A DNA stretch of 64,000 nt from contig CM022665.1 in assembly GCA_012295275.1 (NCBI GenBank), forward strand, positions 28,892,001 through 28,956,000, written 5' to 3'. The notes under the pieces were generated by a model. The model saw only the letters and a list, made by a program, of their open reading frames with translations. It was not told the DNA's origin and ran no database searches. The stretch is from Chrysomallon squamiferum (lineage: Eukaryota; Animalia; Mollusca). The translations under genes and the position numbers were made by a program. Positions 50,252-64,000 of the stretch are shown in pieces. Position 1 is the first letter of the stretch. Every line of letters starts with the position of its first letter.

Positions 50252-53200
50252 CGGACGCCGAGAGGATGGAAATGACTAAATGATTGAAAATTTATAGCAA
50301 AAAGCAAAATATATCTATCAGTATACATTTAAACTGTTATTTCTAGATAGAAAAAAATAATAATATTCTTGAAATCGACGAAGTCTTTTTCCTGAATAAA
50401 ATTTTTATAAACAAAACAAACAAAAAGCGCAAGCTCCCCCCCAAAAAAACCCCAAACAAACAGAAAAAAAGAAAAAGAAAAAGAAATATTTTCATAACAA
50501 AAAACAAACAAATTAACAAACATAAAAAAAGAGAAGAAACTGAAACGGTAAAAAGTTTAATAATATTGTATATTAAATAATTTTATTTTATGTAAATTTA
50601 TTCCGGTATCAAACAAACAAACAAACAAATGTTGTTTATTATTTTTCTCTGTTTATCAATAATCAGGATGGTCATACCCTGTGTAATTAGCTGTGTTGTA
50701 CTTCAGTATCGCTGCTGTGTTACTGATCACAGAGTACTGTTAAACTCATGTTATTTTTATTCGCTTTTATTCTTCTTATTTGTTGTTGGTTGTTGTTTTT
50801 TTGCTAGTGCAATTTTCTTTTTTCGTGCCACGTGACCTCGTATGACATTTAGTTTTTTCTTTCTTCTGTTTTTATTTCGTTTCTGATTTCCGCGCACCAA
50901 GTTATCGATCATACATTTCTATGAACGGCGATGGGAGATGAGTTACAGCCAATCACTGACAGTGACCGAAAACGAATAATTCAATAAACAAGTGTTTTAC
51001 GTGAAACGATGGCATTAAACATTCATCTCGCTAAAGCGTGATCATCAACCAGAGCGGCCAGTTCGTGCAGTGCGTAGTCGCCTCCGTCTTCTTCACTTTT
51101 TATTATACTTTATCTTTTACTCATCGATCGTAGATGAACATTTGCGCAGATACGTATATACAGTTTTGCTTTTAACCTGAAGTAGGGATGGAGATGGGAA
51201 CGGCAGCAACTTGTGTCTTTTGTTATCGCTGTTGTGTTATTGTGATAATTATATTTTTAAACCACAAACTCGCACTATGTAACCTTACGCCAGACGATAA
51301 TTGGTAAACAGAACATGATTCCTGAAGTTAACGCCTTTTTTTTTTTTTTTTTTTTTTTTTTGATGCTTTTTAATACTCTAGTAAATCTGATTGAAACATA
51401 TGTGCTTATCGTAACTGAATCTTAATAGCAAGCTTAACTAGGCAACAACTTATTACAAGGTCCATGACAGAGCATATATATTTAACTTATTATTATTATT
51501 ATTATTATTATTAATTTGTTTTCTTTTCGTTCTACTTCTTACAAATTTTATAGTAAAGAGTTAAAAATAAAAATAAGACAGTAGAGTATTAAAAAATATG
51601 TAGACGCGCCGACACTTATTTTTATGTAACAGTTCATCATCTTGTACATGGCGGACGTCCTCATGTTTATTCTAGTGTCGTCTACACGAAGACGTCTGTT
51701 TTTAGTTTTTTTATTATAATAAAATTAATAAAACAAGAAGACTGAATTCAACAAACTGTCAATAAAAGATGAGCGAAGCCAAGGGCAGATTCAGTATCAC
51801 AGACAGAAGAGTGATCTAGACTCTGAAATGTTATATTATTACAAATATAAAACTATCAAGAATATTATATATATATATAAGTAACAATTTTATAACAATA
51901 AATAATAAAAGATAAATTGGAAGTTTGCAGAACATACGCACACTATTTCATTGTATTATAAAAGAAACCTTTAAATATTTTTTTCGTGAAATATACACCT
52001 ACAATTATTAATGCAAAAGCCGCAAATTAGCCGAATCCATAATGTTTGTTCATAAACAGAGTGATAACACACAGCTACTGTCCTTTTTAAAATTACATTA
52101 CGTGGCCACTGACCGGTTAACAGCTTCTAAAACACTGCGGACGCATATGGCAATGGCTTCATGAACGTCACGTTTTTTCTGTTTGTTTTTTTTTCTTAAA
52201 TTTTTATCACGTTTTAATTAAAGATAATACCTCGCCATCAGAATTATGTAGAAATATGACAGATATAGTAGAGGCAATAATAATAGGATGGCCGCAGTGG
52301 CAAAGCTGAGAGAAGGCACTGAACGTAAATGGAAATGAGATGAGATTAAGAATGTAATAATTGGCGTGTAAAAAAAAAAAAAAATTATGCTTTCTACACT
52401 GAAAGCAATATCAGTGTCCATTTAATTATTTTTAAAAATCAGATTAATTTTGGAAATGCGGTATTGATGACTGATTTCGTTAAAATTGACTTTGTGTTTG
52501 ACTGTAAGAAACATTTTGATAGATTTGAAAGATGCAGTAAGCAGCGAAACAGTGGACTGAGGAATGGTTTTAACAGACAGGACACACACATTGTATACAG
52601 ATGAGTAATGGAATATCCTGCTGATTCACTGAAATGATGTAATCCTCGGTTCACTGCGAATCAGACAGCTTAGGATTTTCTTCTCACCAGCAACACGACC
52701 GAAGACTAGGAGAGATTAACCTTCATTTTACCATTGTTTCTGGAGACAATAAAATTAATTAACTAACTGCATTGTGTTACATAAATAATAATTATTTTTT
52801 ATTTTTTTTTTTTTTTTTTTTTTATTTTATAAAACACGAAGGTTCTTTTAAAAAAGTTGAATGGTGAAATTGCATTCTTTTTTCCTTCTCTTATTATAAG
52901 AATAAGTCAACAACTTCAAATATATATAAGGAAAACAAAATTAAATAAATAAATAAGATAGAAAGAAAAACAAAAAAACCCTTACGTTATTCAGGGGACT
53001 AACCTGACTTGGACACTGTAATTTATAATATTATTTAAGTGATTGTCATAAACACACTACTTGACAGGGTAATAACCTTTATTATTTTATGACCACAGAA
53101 AGTAAAGTATATGTCATAATAACCGGACGAAAGTGTATCTGTTTTTATACCCTGTCAATATTTTAGATTTTTGTAATCTGTTTAGCTAATTAAGCATCAC

Positions 53201-56200
53201 GGTCTATCTCCATTTCCATCTCTGTATATCTGTCTCTCTATATCGCTCCTTCAACCACACGTAAACATAGAGTTATAACCATACCATAATTAACAATATT
53301 TGTGATTAATCATATGACAGTTTTATCATATGTAAATTAAAAATGTTATACAATAACTCATTTAAATAATAATTAAATTAGTTAAATGAATGTGAAAACA
53401 ACGAAGCAATGTAGTAGCATAATTATATTTTCATTAACGTCACAGACACCATAAAACAAGTAACACAGAGAAATAAAATATGTAAGCAGAAACAGCTGTG
53501 GCCACGAGATAATAAGCAACAACTATATAATAAATAACAAAGGCTACTAAACAAAACACAGCCGACGATGACACAACAACAACAGCAACAACAACAACAA
53601 CAACCGAAACCAAACCTACCAATCAACCAAGCAAAAATAAATAAATATATAAACAAACAGCAACAACAAAAAATAACAACAAAATAAAATAAATAAATAA
53701 TCAAAAAATCAAATGAAAATACTGACATACAATTTTCTTATTTTTTTAAATGTTTTTACCTCATATATATATATATATATATATATTTAAAAGTTAATGA
53801 TATTTTTTTTTTTCATTTATTTACTTAATATCTTTGAGTTCTCATCTATTTTTAAATTATTGATATGTTTTTCTAAGTTTTATTTGTTTAGCGTATGTTG
53901 TTTACTGCATATTAAATATATTATTAACATTATATACTCTGTAGAGATTACAATCGCCACTGTATAAAAATTGCTGGACTTTATTATTGTACACTGTATA
54001 CAACACAGACAGAGCTAATCAGTGAAGTACGAAAGCAAATGGGGTGTGACGTAATCATTATCATTCAATATGTATATTAATGTTTAAATGAAACAAATAC
54101 TGTTTTAATGATAAACTCGTTTTTATCAACTGCTTTGGCTATTGTGAGCTAGGTTAAAAAAAATCGAAAAAAAAAACCAAAAAAAAGAACGTGTTGTAGC
54201 TCAATTCTAGAGAACTCGTTAGAGATGCTGTAGGTTGGGCGATCAATTCTACTTGTCGCGTATCTTTACTTTTAAAAAAAAAATTATATTCTAGTAATTA
54301 CGTTTCTGGTTTGTCAAAGTCTTATACCTTTTTGTCCGATCCAGCTAACATACGAAACGATTGAAGTTGATAAAAAAACGATTTATAGACCAGTTTGATT
54401 TAAACGTATGTGTGAGACCATCACCACCAGCAGCACTGAAACCTCAACCATCAAAACTAAAACATTGTAATGACACATGCATTGTTCTCACGTCAGTATT
54501 TACAGTAATGTCACAAAATGATATAAATGTTTTAAATAAACATTTAGAGACTGACAAGGGCTTCAGATGAGACAAGAACGTGAAGGTGAAATGATTTGCT
54601 TAGCCCACCATTTTATTTAATTATTTTATTTAAAAAAAAAAAAAAATTAACCTTGTTGTTTAATATCATATTTTATTATTAGCAAAGGTTGGTCGCCTAA
54701 ATGTTTAAATAGGAAATAACGCAAATTTACAAAATATCATTATTTATTATCGTCGCTAAAAATAAATAAAAAATAACTCACATAAATACAAAATATATTT
54801 AGACCAACAACGCGGACCACCAAAATGTACGCTTTAAATATATTTAAAGGAATTGCTGCATAAATAAAATAGAATTAATGCATTTTTCATTGATAATTAT
54901 TAATATTACTCTTCTCATTTGAAAGTCATCAATTCTTTTCAGTTTGTCTACGTTCCTACAAAGTTTGATATCTACCTGTACCACAACTATTAACTTTCGT
55001 GTTAGACCCAGCTGGAAAATAAGTCATGTAAAAAATCAGGTAAGCAGGGACTGAAATGAACTGGAAGAGACCAGGAGGTCGTAAATCAGGCCACAACGTC
55101 TTGCGTAAGTGTTGGGTTGACTGGAAGTCTCCATTCAGGGAGTTAACCGGGAGCTGGTGTTTTAATGTAGTATGTCGTACGATAACCCGGATTTGACAGG
55201 TTTACACTCTGCCGTTTCAATCGGCTTCAATCTTGTCTGTTCACGCACGTCAATAATGCACAACGTTGTAAGTTACATGTTTACATCGGGCTGTGAAGGT
55301 CAAGTGATTGTTGTTTCCAAAGTTTTATAGTCTGACGTGAAGCTGCGAGTTAGGCTTGTAACAGATGACGCAGTATACGTGATTTTAAATAAACAGCTGT
55401 TTTAGACGTTGCTGCGTGGGTAAAACAGGTGGGATAGCAGGTCAGAGTGAAACAATAAACAAAAAATTAGTTACTTAATGTAAAACAGTCCAGTAAATTA
55501 TTTTAGATATAATCAAGTGCGTGTTTGTACGGGTGTGTCTGCACAGACTTGATGAAAGAAATCCATATAATACATTAATTATTATAGATCTACTTCTAAA
55601 CAAAAAAAAAAAAAAAATCCATAATGTTCCAGTGCATCATTACACAGTATATTTTAATATTCAGCATAATATTGCTTTGTAACCTTTAACACACACATAC
55701 ATATAATTATATAATCGGATGTATCTGGACAAACAGACGAAAAAGAACGCGAAAGAGATGTGTTCAACTAATAAATACGGTTACGCTACAGGCACACGCT
55801 GGCAAATATATTTATAGCTGTTTCACTGAAACAGTATGTGTTATTTATTCAATTAACTTTGTTTCTCATTTGTATGAACCACATAACATACTATTAAAAT
55901 ACTGGTTCCGCTGTTTTATAATATACAATCTACATTAATATATAAACTATTTATGCAGAGTCATAGACATTAATAATAAAATAAAATAAAAGTATTATAA
56001 ATTATTTACAGAATTTTTCTTAAATAAATTAACAGATATCTAAGGCACTGTTTTTCTTATTCCATAATATAATTTGCCATCTGATTATGAAATCCTAACT
56101 GCAAATGATCAACGAATGAATAAATAAATATTAACACATTTTAAAATGATTTTTTTTAAATTTCAAAACAAAATATATTTTATTTTTATATATGATTATA

Positions 56201-56752
56201 TACGAAAGGAAACGTTTTGCTTCTAGTCTTGACTGTCAAAGGCAAAAGATTTATTTATAGATAGGAAATTATACACCACAGTCTTTGATGTACCAGATGT
56301 GTGTCAATATCTGGAACAAGATTCCTTTTTCCTTTTTTTTTTTTTTTTTCTTCCGCGTACCCGTTCAAATAATTTTAAAGGTTGGCGTATCCTAAGTGAA
56401 AGTTTATACTCGTCACAGAAGTATAACGACAACGAGTTAGGCCCAGACTTAGAATCACTCTTCTAACCCAACAGGCGAGCACGCAGAAGTAATTCAGGCT
56501 GAATTACAGATCCAGCCATCAGCTCGGGCGATACACATTATACCTTTATTTTCAATATATGATGAACGTCAGTAATTTTTACTCATAAATACAATCTAAA
56601 GTAAAAAACAAAAAATCCATCCACCCAAAAATCGTTGTTGTTGTTGTTGTTATTATTATTTATTTATTTATACATTTTTTGGTAAGTGGTAGGTTTTATG
56701 TATTTAGTGTTCTTTAATACAGTATTGTTCTGAACTGGTTTGAATCTTTAAA

Positions 56753-56812
<60 letters not shown>

Positions 56813-57095
56813 GTACATTTTCTTTAATCGTTGTATTTCACGACATACCAAAATACAGCTATAGCTGTGTTCATTATTACCAAATAAGTGTGTAATGTAT
56901 AATTATTATTAGTAAGCAGATCTTGCTGACTATTACATTTTTATCTGAACTGAATTAATAAACTCTAAAACAGTTTCGAAACTAATATTTGGACATCTGT
57001 TACACAAGCAACGAAGGTGTTTTCAGTAGTGGTTGTATTTCCAAACTGCAGCACAGTAACACATGAATGCACATGTATATAGATTCATCTGTAAC

Positions 57096-57394
57096 CATTG
57101 TTTCTCAAAGTGACTGAGCACGGTAATATTGTCCTGGGCATGGTGAATCACATTTTATGCAGTTTAAAATTTTCACAGATTTGAAGCTACGACTGATACC
57201 TTATAGCGTAATAATAAAAAAAAATATAAAAAATGTTTCACCGCTCCTATATTAATCAGTCCATCACCAGTAGGGCGCGCCCATGACCACTTCATCGCGG
57301 TTACGTCACTTTGTCTCACCTTTTGATTACATATCATAATTACATATATTACAATCAAAGTGAGGCGCGGGACAAAAAAGGTTGAAAAACAGAG
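57096..57394 (+). mobile_element. Degenerate hAT (Charlie-like) MITE
   Basis: Left end CATTGTTTCTCAAAGTG and right end AAAAAAGGTTGAAAAACAGAG resemble Charlie termini; flanks are ATCT..AC-like and imperfect. Confidence 0.4.
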
Positions 57395-58565
57395 ATCTAC
57401 ACAATAAAATAACTGAAATAAAATTAAGTAACTTTATTGAACGATTTATTTATTTATTTACTATTGCTGTTATTATTATTATTATTATTATCATTATTTT
57501 AGTAATGACATAACATTACACGTATTACAATAAAGGAAAATATGGCGTAACTCAACCAGCAATAATATTTTGAATATTTTCCTCGCTATCATTTGACCAC
57601 TGACGTATAATTTGAAATATCATATATCTTAAAATCAGCTTTCTTTGGTACTTTTTTTCCTTATTTTTGTTAGTTGATTGATTACTCTCTTGTTATTTAA
57701 AAAAAACTCAAAAAAAACACACAAAAACAGGATTTCCCGTCCCTACAAAAGAAAATATTATTTTTGGACTAACACTAAACACGTGATGGTACCCACATCA
57801 TTTTTGGCGCCACCAAGTGATGACATGACAGGTGCTATCAGTAAATAATCTTTCCCATTGACGCGACGCAGGCTCATTTAGCCATGACCGTACTTATGTT
57901 TCCTTTGACCTGCACATTTATCTTTTTTTGTGACACTAAACAAAACAAAAAAAAAAAGAAAAGAAAAGGTCACTATAACCTAGGCCAGATCCTGATGTAT
58001 CTAGGGATACCTATCAAGCGTTTCATTACTTGGCCAAAAGAGGAATCCCGGTCACTACAGCTAGTAATAAAACTCTGTTAATACTGCCGCCCGGCGTTGA
58101 CAGACAAAGCAGGTCATCGAAACAGCATCAACGTTGTATCTGCTGCCATAAACCAGCTTCCACGAGCTGCGGCGTCCCAGACAGATTTTATGATCTTTGT
58201 CCCAGACGACGACTTTATTGTACATCTCGGTCGGTCCGTGAAGAAACGTTTTCCCGTAACACAGGGGGCCGAGGCAAATTACTGTCACCTTAAAGGTTAA
58301 ACATGTCATGCCAACATTGACAATATCCGAGCAGATCTTTTTTCCTTCTTTTATTTGTCTGTTCTTGTTCTTTGTTATAATTATTAATATATGTTAGAGA
58401 CGCGTTTCCGTAGAACAAGAAAACCGAATAAAGTTTCTTTATCTAGGACAGTAATTAACTATGATTATGTAACTGAGGAAGAGATGGGACAGAAAAAGAC
58501 ACTGACAGATAAATAGAGAATAAGGTATAAGGGTGAGAAAGAGAGAGAAAAGTATGGAGAGGCAG

Positions 58566-58648
<83 letters not shown>

Positions 58649-59832
58649 ACACAAACATACACATGTACAGAGTAAGAGAGGTAATTTAAATGAACAAATT
58701 CGCTTTCTAAGATACAGAAATAGAAAAGAAAAATGAAAAGTAAGTTGATTTATTTCAAATATACGTGTTTATATTATTTTACTGCATTACACTACTTTAA
58801 TCCAAATCGTTTTAAAATAATTTCTCACAAAAATTTTACTTGTAATTAATGCAAACAAGTTTGAATCACAAACACATTAATCTTTCTTTTTTTTTCCTTA
58901 GAGGAAGTAATAAATAAAAACGAAAATAAATATTATTTGCAAAAATGAAACAGGTAACATATTTCTTATAAAAATTTAAAAAAAATTTCTTTTCAAAATA
59001 TGAACTTTTTGTTTCTGTATAAATATTAACTGTGTCGGGCTGTATTTTAATATTTACACTTCCCAAATTAAATTCCAATTAGCAGCGTCCATTAATTTTC
59101 CTAGTTCAGGTCAGACCATGTTCCCACACTTGTCTTTTGACCCTCTGCCCTCTTCACAGTGATTAATTTTTTGAAAGTCGTAGCCGAAAACGTAACGCTT
59201 AACTTTTCTCTCTTTTTATGCTTGCACTGAACCTTGACTCTGAGAATATTATCATAGTTTTTGGATCATTCTCCGGTCACAAGGTGAAGTAACATACTTG
59301 AGATACAAGCAAATGCAGCTTCCTGCATCCTAGCCTGCGACTTTTTTTTTTTTTCTCTACAAAAAATTTTAATCACCACGTTTTTTCCCCCCTTCTTCAC
59401 CTTAACGCTTGGTAACTGAAACGGCCACGCTAAGGCCAATTTCCCAATGTCCAGCCGTTTGACCCCTCATTTGAGGTGAGAAACTATTTACGTTGAGCCA
59501 GCTTCTGATTTGAATGTATATGTTTTATTGTCCATCTGTTGACCGCTGATGGACCCTAGAGGTCTGGATTCAGACCTGACCAGCATGCTACATAAGTACG
59601 GTACGGAAAGATAGTAATTGTGTGTGTTCTTTTTAAGCATGCATGGAATGTGAAAACATCCACCACAGAGACGAACAATCTAGACTTGAAGAGATCTGAA
59701 GGTTTTAAAATTAAAAGCCGAAATGAGTTTACTTTCTTTTGAAACCGAATGAAATAAAATCTGGGCAATTCGTATATAAAATGTTTTTATTTGACATCAA
59801 TGAAATGAATAGAAATTTACACGAATTCTTTT

Positions 59833-59896
<64 letters not shown>

Positions 59897-60183
59897 TTCT
59901 TCTTCTTTTTCTTGTAGAGTTCTAGGTTTAGTGATGATGATAGTTTCATTACTTGGTAGTGATGCTGGTAATGGCGTTGTTGTTGTAGATGAAGTCGTCC
60001 ATATCCTTACTGTTAGTTTAAATTAAAAAACCGAACAATAATATTTAATTATTTTAAATGTATGTATTTCTACATCCATTTTTTTAATACCCTATTATTG
60101 TTGTTGTTGTTGTTATTATTAATATTAGTATTATTATTATTTGTATATAAATCTACATAAAATAATTTATTTGTTGTAACTGC

Positions 60184-60219
<36 letters not shown>

Positions 60220-60799
60220 ATTATTTGTATATAAATCTATATAAAATAATTTATTAATATGTTAGTCTGTTTTACATGCACAAGCAGAGTGTCGTCATAT
60301 ATATTAATGCAAATACTGAAAACCAGACTTGTGAATTATTATTCCTAATGGATATATAAAAGTATTTAAACCTTTACATAACTTAAGATAAAAGGTTAAA
60401 GCAATTTTCAGTCCTCTTCCTAGTTAACGACGCAATGAGGAAGTTTGCTTTTTTACTTTGCTGGGCTTGGTTTTTCTTCGTCTTTTTTTTTTGACGGAAG
60501 TGTTCATCCTTCCTGATGAAACTGAAGTAATTACAGATTTGTATCTGTTATTTACAGCTACAGGATAAGCGTAATGGATAAAAATACGATAAATCACGAA
60601 AACGAATGGAAAAACTTGTCCAGCTCAAATCCAGGTTTTACATCCCTGTTTTCGGTAAATCAGCAAACTTATATTAGCAATTAATAAACACTAAAATTAA
60701 TAAAATATATTTTTTCTTTACACACTTATATATATATATATATATAATATAAATAAATAACAAAACAGAAGAAAGAAAAGATGAGGTACTATGCTGATA

Positions 60800-60935
60800 T
60801 TTGAGAAAGGAGACCCACCACTCTTCCGACTATTCTTAACAGTCAACAGCAAGGAAGATAATTATTACACAGCATAAACAGAAAGTATTTTCCTGTTAAT
60901 TCCGAGACATGATGACAGGACGATGGTAACATGGA
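60800..60935 (-). mobile_element. Older reverse-oriented fragment of the same SINE-like family
   Basis: GAGAAAGGAGACCCACC..CTATTCTT..AACAGCAAGGAAGAT..GACAGGA loosely matches the reverse of the core. Confidence 0.35.
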
Positions 60936-61092
60936 GGAGGATTTATCATACAGAATTTACCTAAATCTGTATAATCCTTGTATTCGTATTTCTTGTACTT
61001 CTGTTAATGTATTTTAAAAAGCAACAGTAATTAGAGTTTAATTATAAATACCTGATTAATGCGCACGCACACACACTCATGTAAGCATCCAT

Positions 61093-61198
<106 letters not shown>

Positions 61199-61453
61199 GT
61201 TATTTTATAAATGGATTCTTAACCTTATTTTGTTAACATGTATTTTACACATCACGTTCGATTTCCATTACCAGCAATAAAAAAAAAAAAAGTAGCCTAA
61301 AACAGCTTAGGGCCAGCAATAAAAGAGCTTAATTCGATATATGCAATAACACGTTATAAAACATAAATACTTTATAAATGCTTGATATCAAATGCATAAG
61401 ATATATTTATTTATTCATTCATTCATTCAATCATTTATTTATTTATTTGTTTA

Positions 61454-61488
<35 letters not shown>

Positions 61489-61920
61489 CAAATCATGCAA
61501 ATGGTCATTTCATGTCTAGGAATCCGTGAAAAATCAACCAATAAATAAAGCCACAGTTTGAGGCGTACGGATGATAACCAGTCCGCGTATTCTCCGCAGA
61601 TCTGTCAAAGATGGTGAAAGACGTATGCTGATATTAACAGGGGTCATTCCAAATCAATACGAATTAACCACATGTCACAACGTGAACAACAAGGTCGAGT
61701 TTGCCTAATGTAGATAACGCTAACAGTATTAGCAGTTTGTTTCGGCGTAAATAAACAGAAGACCCTGGAGGCTGTGATACTCGAATTAATAACCCCTGAA
61801 ATATTTTTATTATGGACCGGATGTTACTGCAGCCCCATGGCTGTTACGCATTTAATATTCGGTAATGGTTATTACAGATCTGATGAAGAAGAAAAATAAA
61901 AAATATTTGGTTTGTAAATA

Positions 61921-61989
61921 ATTCCAGTATAGATTCCAATGGACGTGTATCAAAATGCTTTGGTATGTGCTAACCAGTCTGTGGGAAGG

Positions 61990-62059
<70 letters not shown>

Positions 62060-62078
62060 CAACAACAACAACAACAAC

Positions 62079-62113
<35 letters not shown>

Positions 62114-62210
62114 CAACAATAATAATAGTAATAATAATAATAATAATAATAAAGATATCTTGCTGCTAATAAATGACAGTTCACTGAGTGGCAGTAACGT
62201 TTCTCTTCTG
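61921..62210 (+). mobile_element. SINE-like (Meta/MESC-type core) fragment split by an (AAT/AAC)n microsatellite
   Basis: TGGTATGTGCTAACCAGTCTGTGGGAAGGTGAATA [microsatellite] AAAGATATCTTGCTGCTAAT matches my recollection of the core GGTATGTGCTATCCTGTCTGTGGGA.GGTGCATATAAAAGATCCCTTGCTGCTAAT. Needs a Dfam/Repbase check. Confidence 0.6.
61992..62152. repeat. Compound (AAT)n/(AAC)n microsatellite; other (AAT)n tracts at ~1331-1378, 16185-16237, 25927-25982, 32115-32170, 39356-39418 and 41187-41243
   Basis: Directly visible. Confidence 0.95.
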
Positions 62211-62278
62211 ATATTATTATTATTATTATGATGCAATCGTTAGTATCAAATATATTACATGTATTATATCTGTAAGTG

Positions 62279-62317
<39 letters not shown>

Positions 62318-62971
62318 TGAGTGTGAGGGTGGGTAGGTGGGTGCATTTGCATTTTTATATATTAACAATTAAAAAAAGAAGATTTTCTGTAAACAATGTA
62401 TAATAAAAATATTTTTAAAAATTAATGTTTGCGTGCATATTTTTTAACTACCATAAAACATTTTTTAGATTCACATCTTGTAACAGCCTTTTTATTTCCT
62501 TTTCAGTGCTTTGTTTTAAAAATAAATTAAACATTAAATAGAAGTTAATGTGTTTTCTGCTGCATCGTCATATTTTAACAGGCCAATGACACTGCAGTAC
62601 TAGTAATAATTATACGTGGTGAAATATTTTATTGTCAAATATCTTTCTTTGTTTTCGTATTTTTTAATGTTATTTTTTCATATTAATCTTTTCTTTTTTG
62701 TTTCTTATAGGTTTTTTCTTATTATTATTATTTTTTTTATGCTTTGTAATCTTTATATTATTTTTATTTAGAAAGTTATTTATTACATTTTTTTTTTTTT
62801 TTACAGTACAACCTCCTATAGAGGTTAGTACGACCTTTACAAATGATATGTTGAAACACAAATGATATTTCTGAAATTCGAATTACGCCAGCAGACGGAC
62901 AAATGAGCGAGAAGTGAGGAGTAGAAACGAAATAGTAAAGTGAAGACAGAAGATAAAAATAACCCCGACAA

Positions 62972-63063
<92 letters not shown>

Positions 63064-63634
63064 CAGAGATCTATTACAATTTAAAAAAAATTGTTAGTTC
63101 TGCTCATCTATATAACACAGTTGTGAACAATGATGAATAATTTAACATGTTTTTCAATGCAGATCTTTTTTTTTTTTTTTTTTAATGAAGCCAAAGGAAT
63201 TTTGAAATGATAGCCGATGACTAAAACGCTTATCTCTGTATTTTCTGAGATGGCATTTCTATGTACAGAGCTGCAAACAAGGTCACCATCAGTTCAGACT
63301 GGCAGTAGGGGAAAATACCTGCGCGATGAATTAGTCAGCGCATAAAAAAAAAAAAACTGACTACAGTATGTGTGTATGGTCAGTGAAGCAAACAGAAAAA
63401 AAATATGTCTATGAATGTATTGACTAATATAAGTACTGGCGTTGAAAGCCCAGGCCTGGTCAAGGTCGAAAGCACACCTATATTCCTACAATAATAAAAC
63501 ATTAATAAATATGTTTTTCAACAACCAGCTAAGTGCCGCATGAAGTCAGCCATAAAAAATGTTTATTTGTGCATTGGTCTGACGCAACGTCCACTATATA
63601 TGATAACTATTTTCCTTTAATAATAATTATACAC

Positions 63635-63732
<98 letters not shown>

Positions 63733-64000
63733 GAGTCTTAATCTGTTTTGCAAATATTAAAGATAATAAAAATAAAAGCAAGAAGAAGAGCAGAAGAACA
63801 ATAATAAAATAGTAACAGTAGCAGTAGTAGTTGTCATAGTACTTGTAATAGCTGTAGTTAGTAGTAGTAGTAGTAGTAGTAACAACAGGAAAAGTAGGAC
63901 ACGTGAATTGTATAAATGATGTATTTACTTACAGATAACATTACAGTGGTATATTCTTTATTTAATGTATTTCTTATTATTAAAGTAAATCACCATTCGA

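Noticed and set aside
48343-60810. Partial matches to miRNA 5' ends (TGAGATCA 48343, TGAAAGACATG 48721, TATGCTGATATT ~60790)
   Set aside because: Only short seed-like matches to bantam, miR-71 and miR-1993 as I recall them; the rest diverges and no precursor hairpin is evident.
61852-62352. Poly-Y/L/N, ERER, SLSL, HTHT and poly-I ORFs here and elsewhere in the track
   Set aside because: Translations of microsatellites.

Overview
AT-rich, microsatellite-rich animal genomic DNA, probably molluscan (inferred from SINE-like repeats; not proven). Bases 680-13748 hold 17 phase-consistent GT-AG exons of a + strand polycystin-1-family (PKD1-like) gene: Thr-rich stalk, GAIN/GPS with intact HL|T site, TM1, PLAT and a TRPP-type channel domain. 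About 1570 codons are visible and the 5' end is unresolved. Its introns carry a Tc1/mariner MITE, a decayed Tc1/mariner transposase and a fold-back element. Bases ~15.1-27.9 kb are a ~6.3-6.5 kb tandem duplication. Each unit has a histone stem-loop-binding protein (SLBP) gene with an intronless CDS and probable non-coding 5' exons. Copy 2 is intact. Copy 1 has a net 2-nt frameshift and a ~35-copy 40-bp minisatellite that copy 2 has only as ~3 seed units. The two CDSs differ mainly by amino-acid changes, while 608 bp just upstream look identical. Bases 28-64 kb contain no recognisable coding gene, only simple repeats, old TE/SINE fragments and GC-richer islands with promoter/enhancer-like motifs. 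The SLBP pair is the best candidate for new biology, but assembly artefact must be excluded first.
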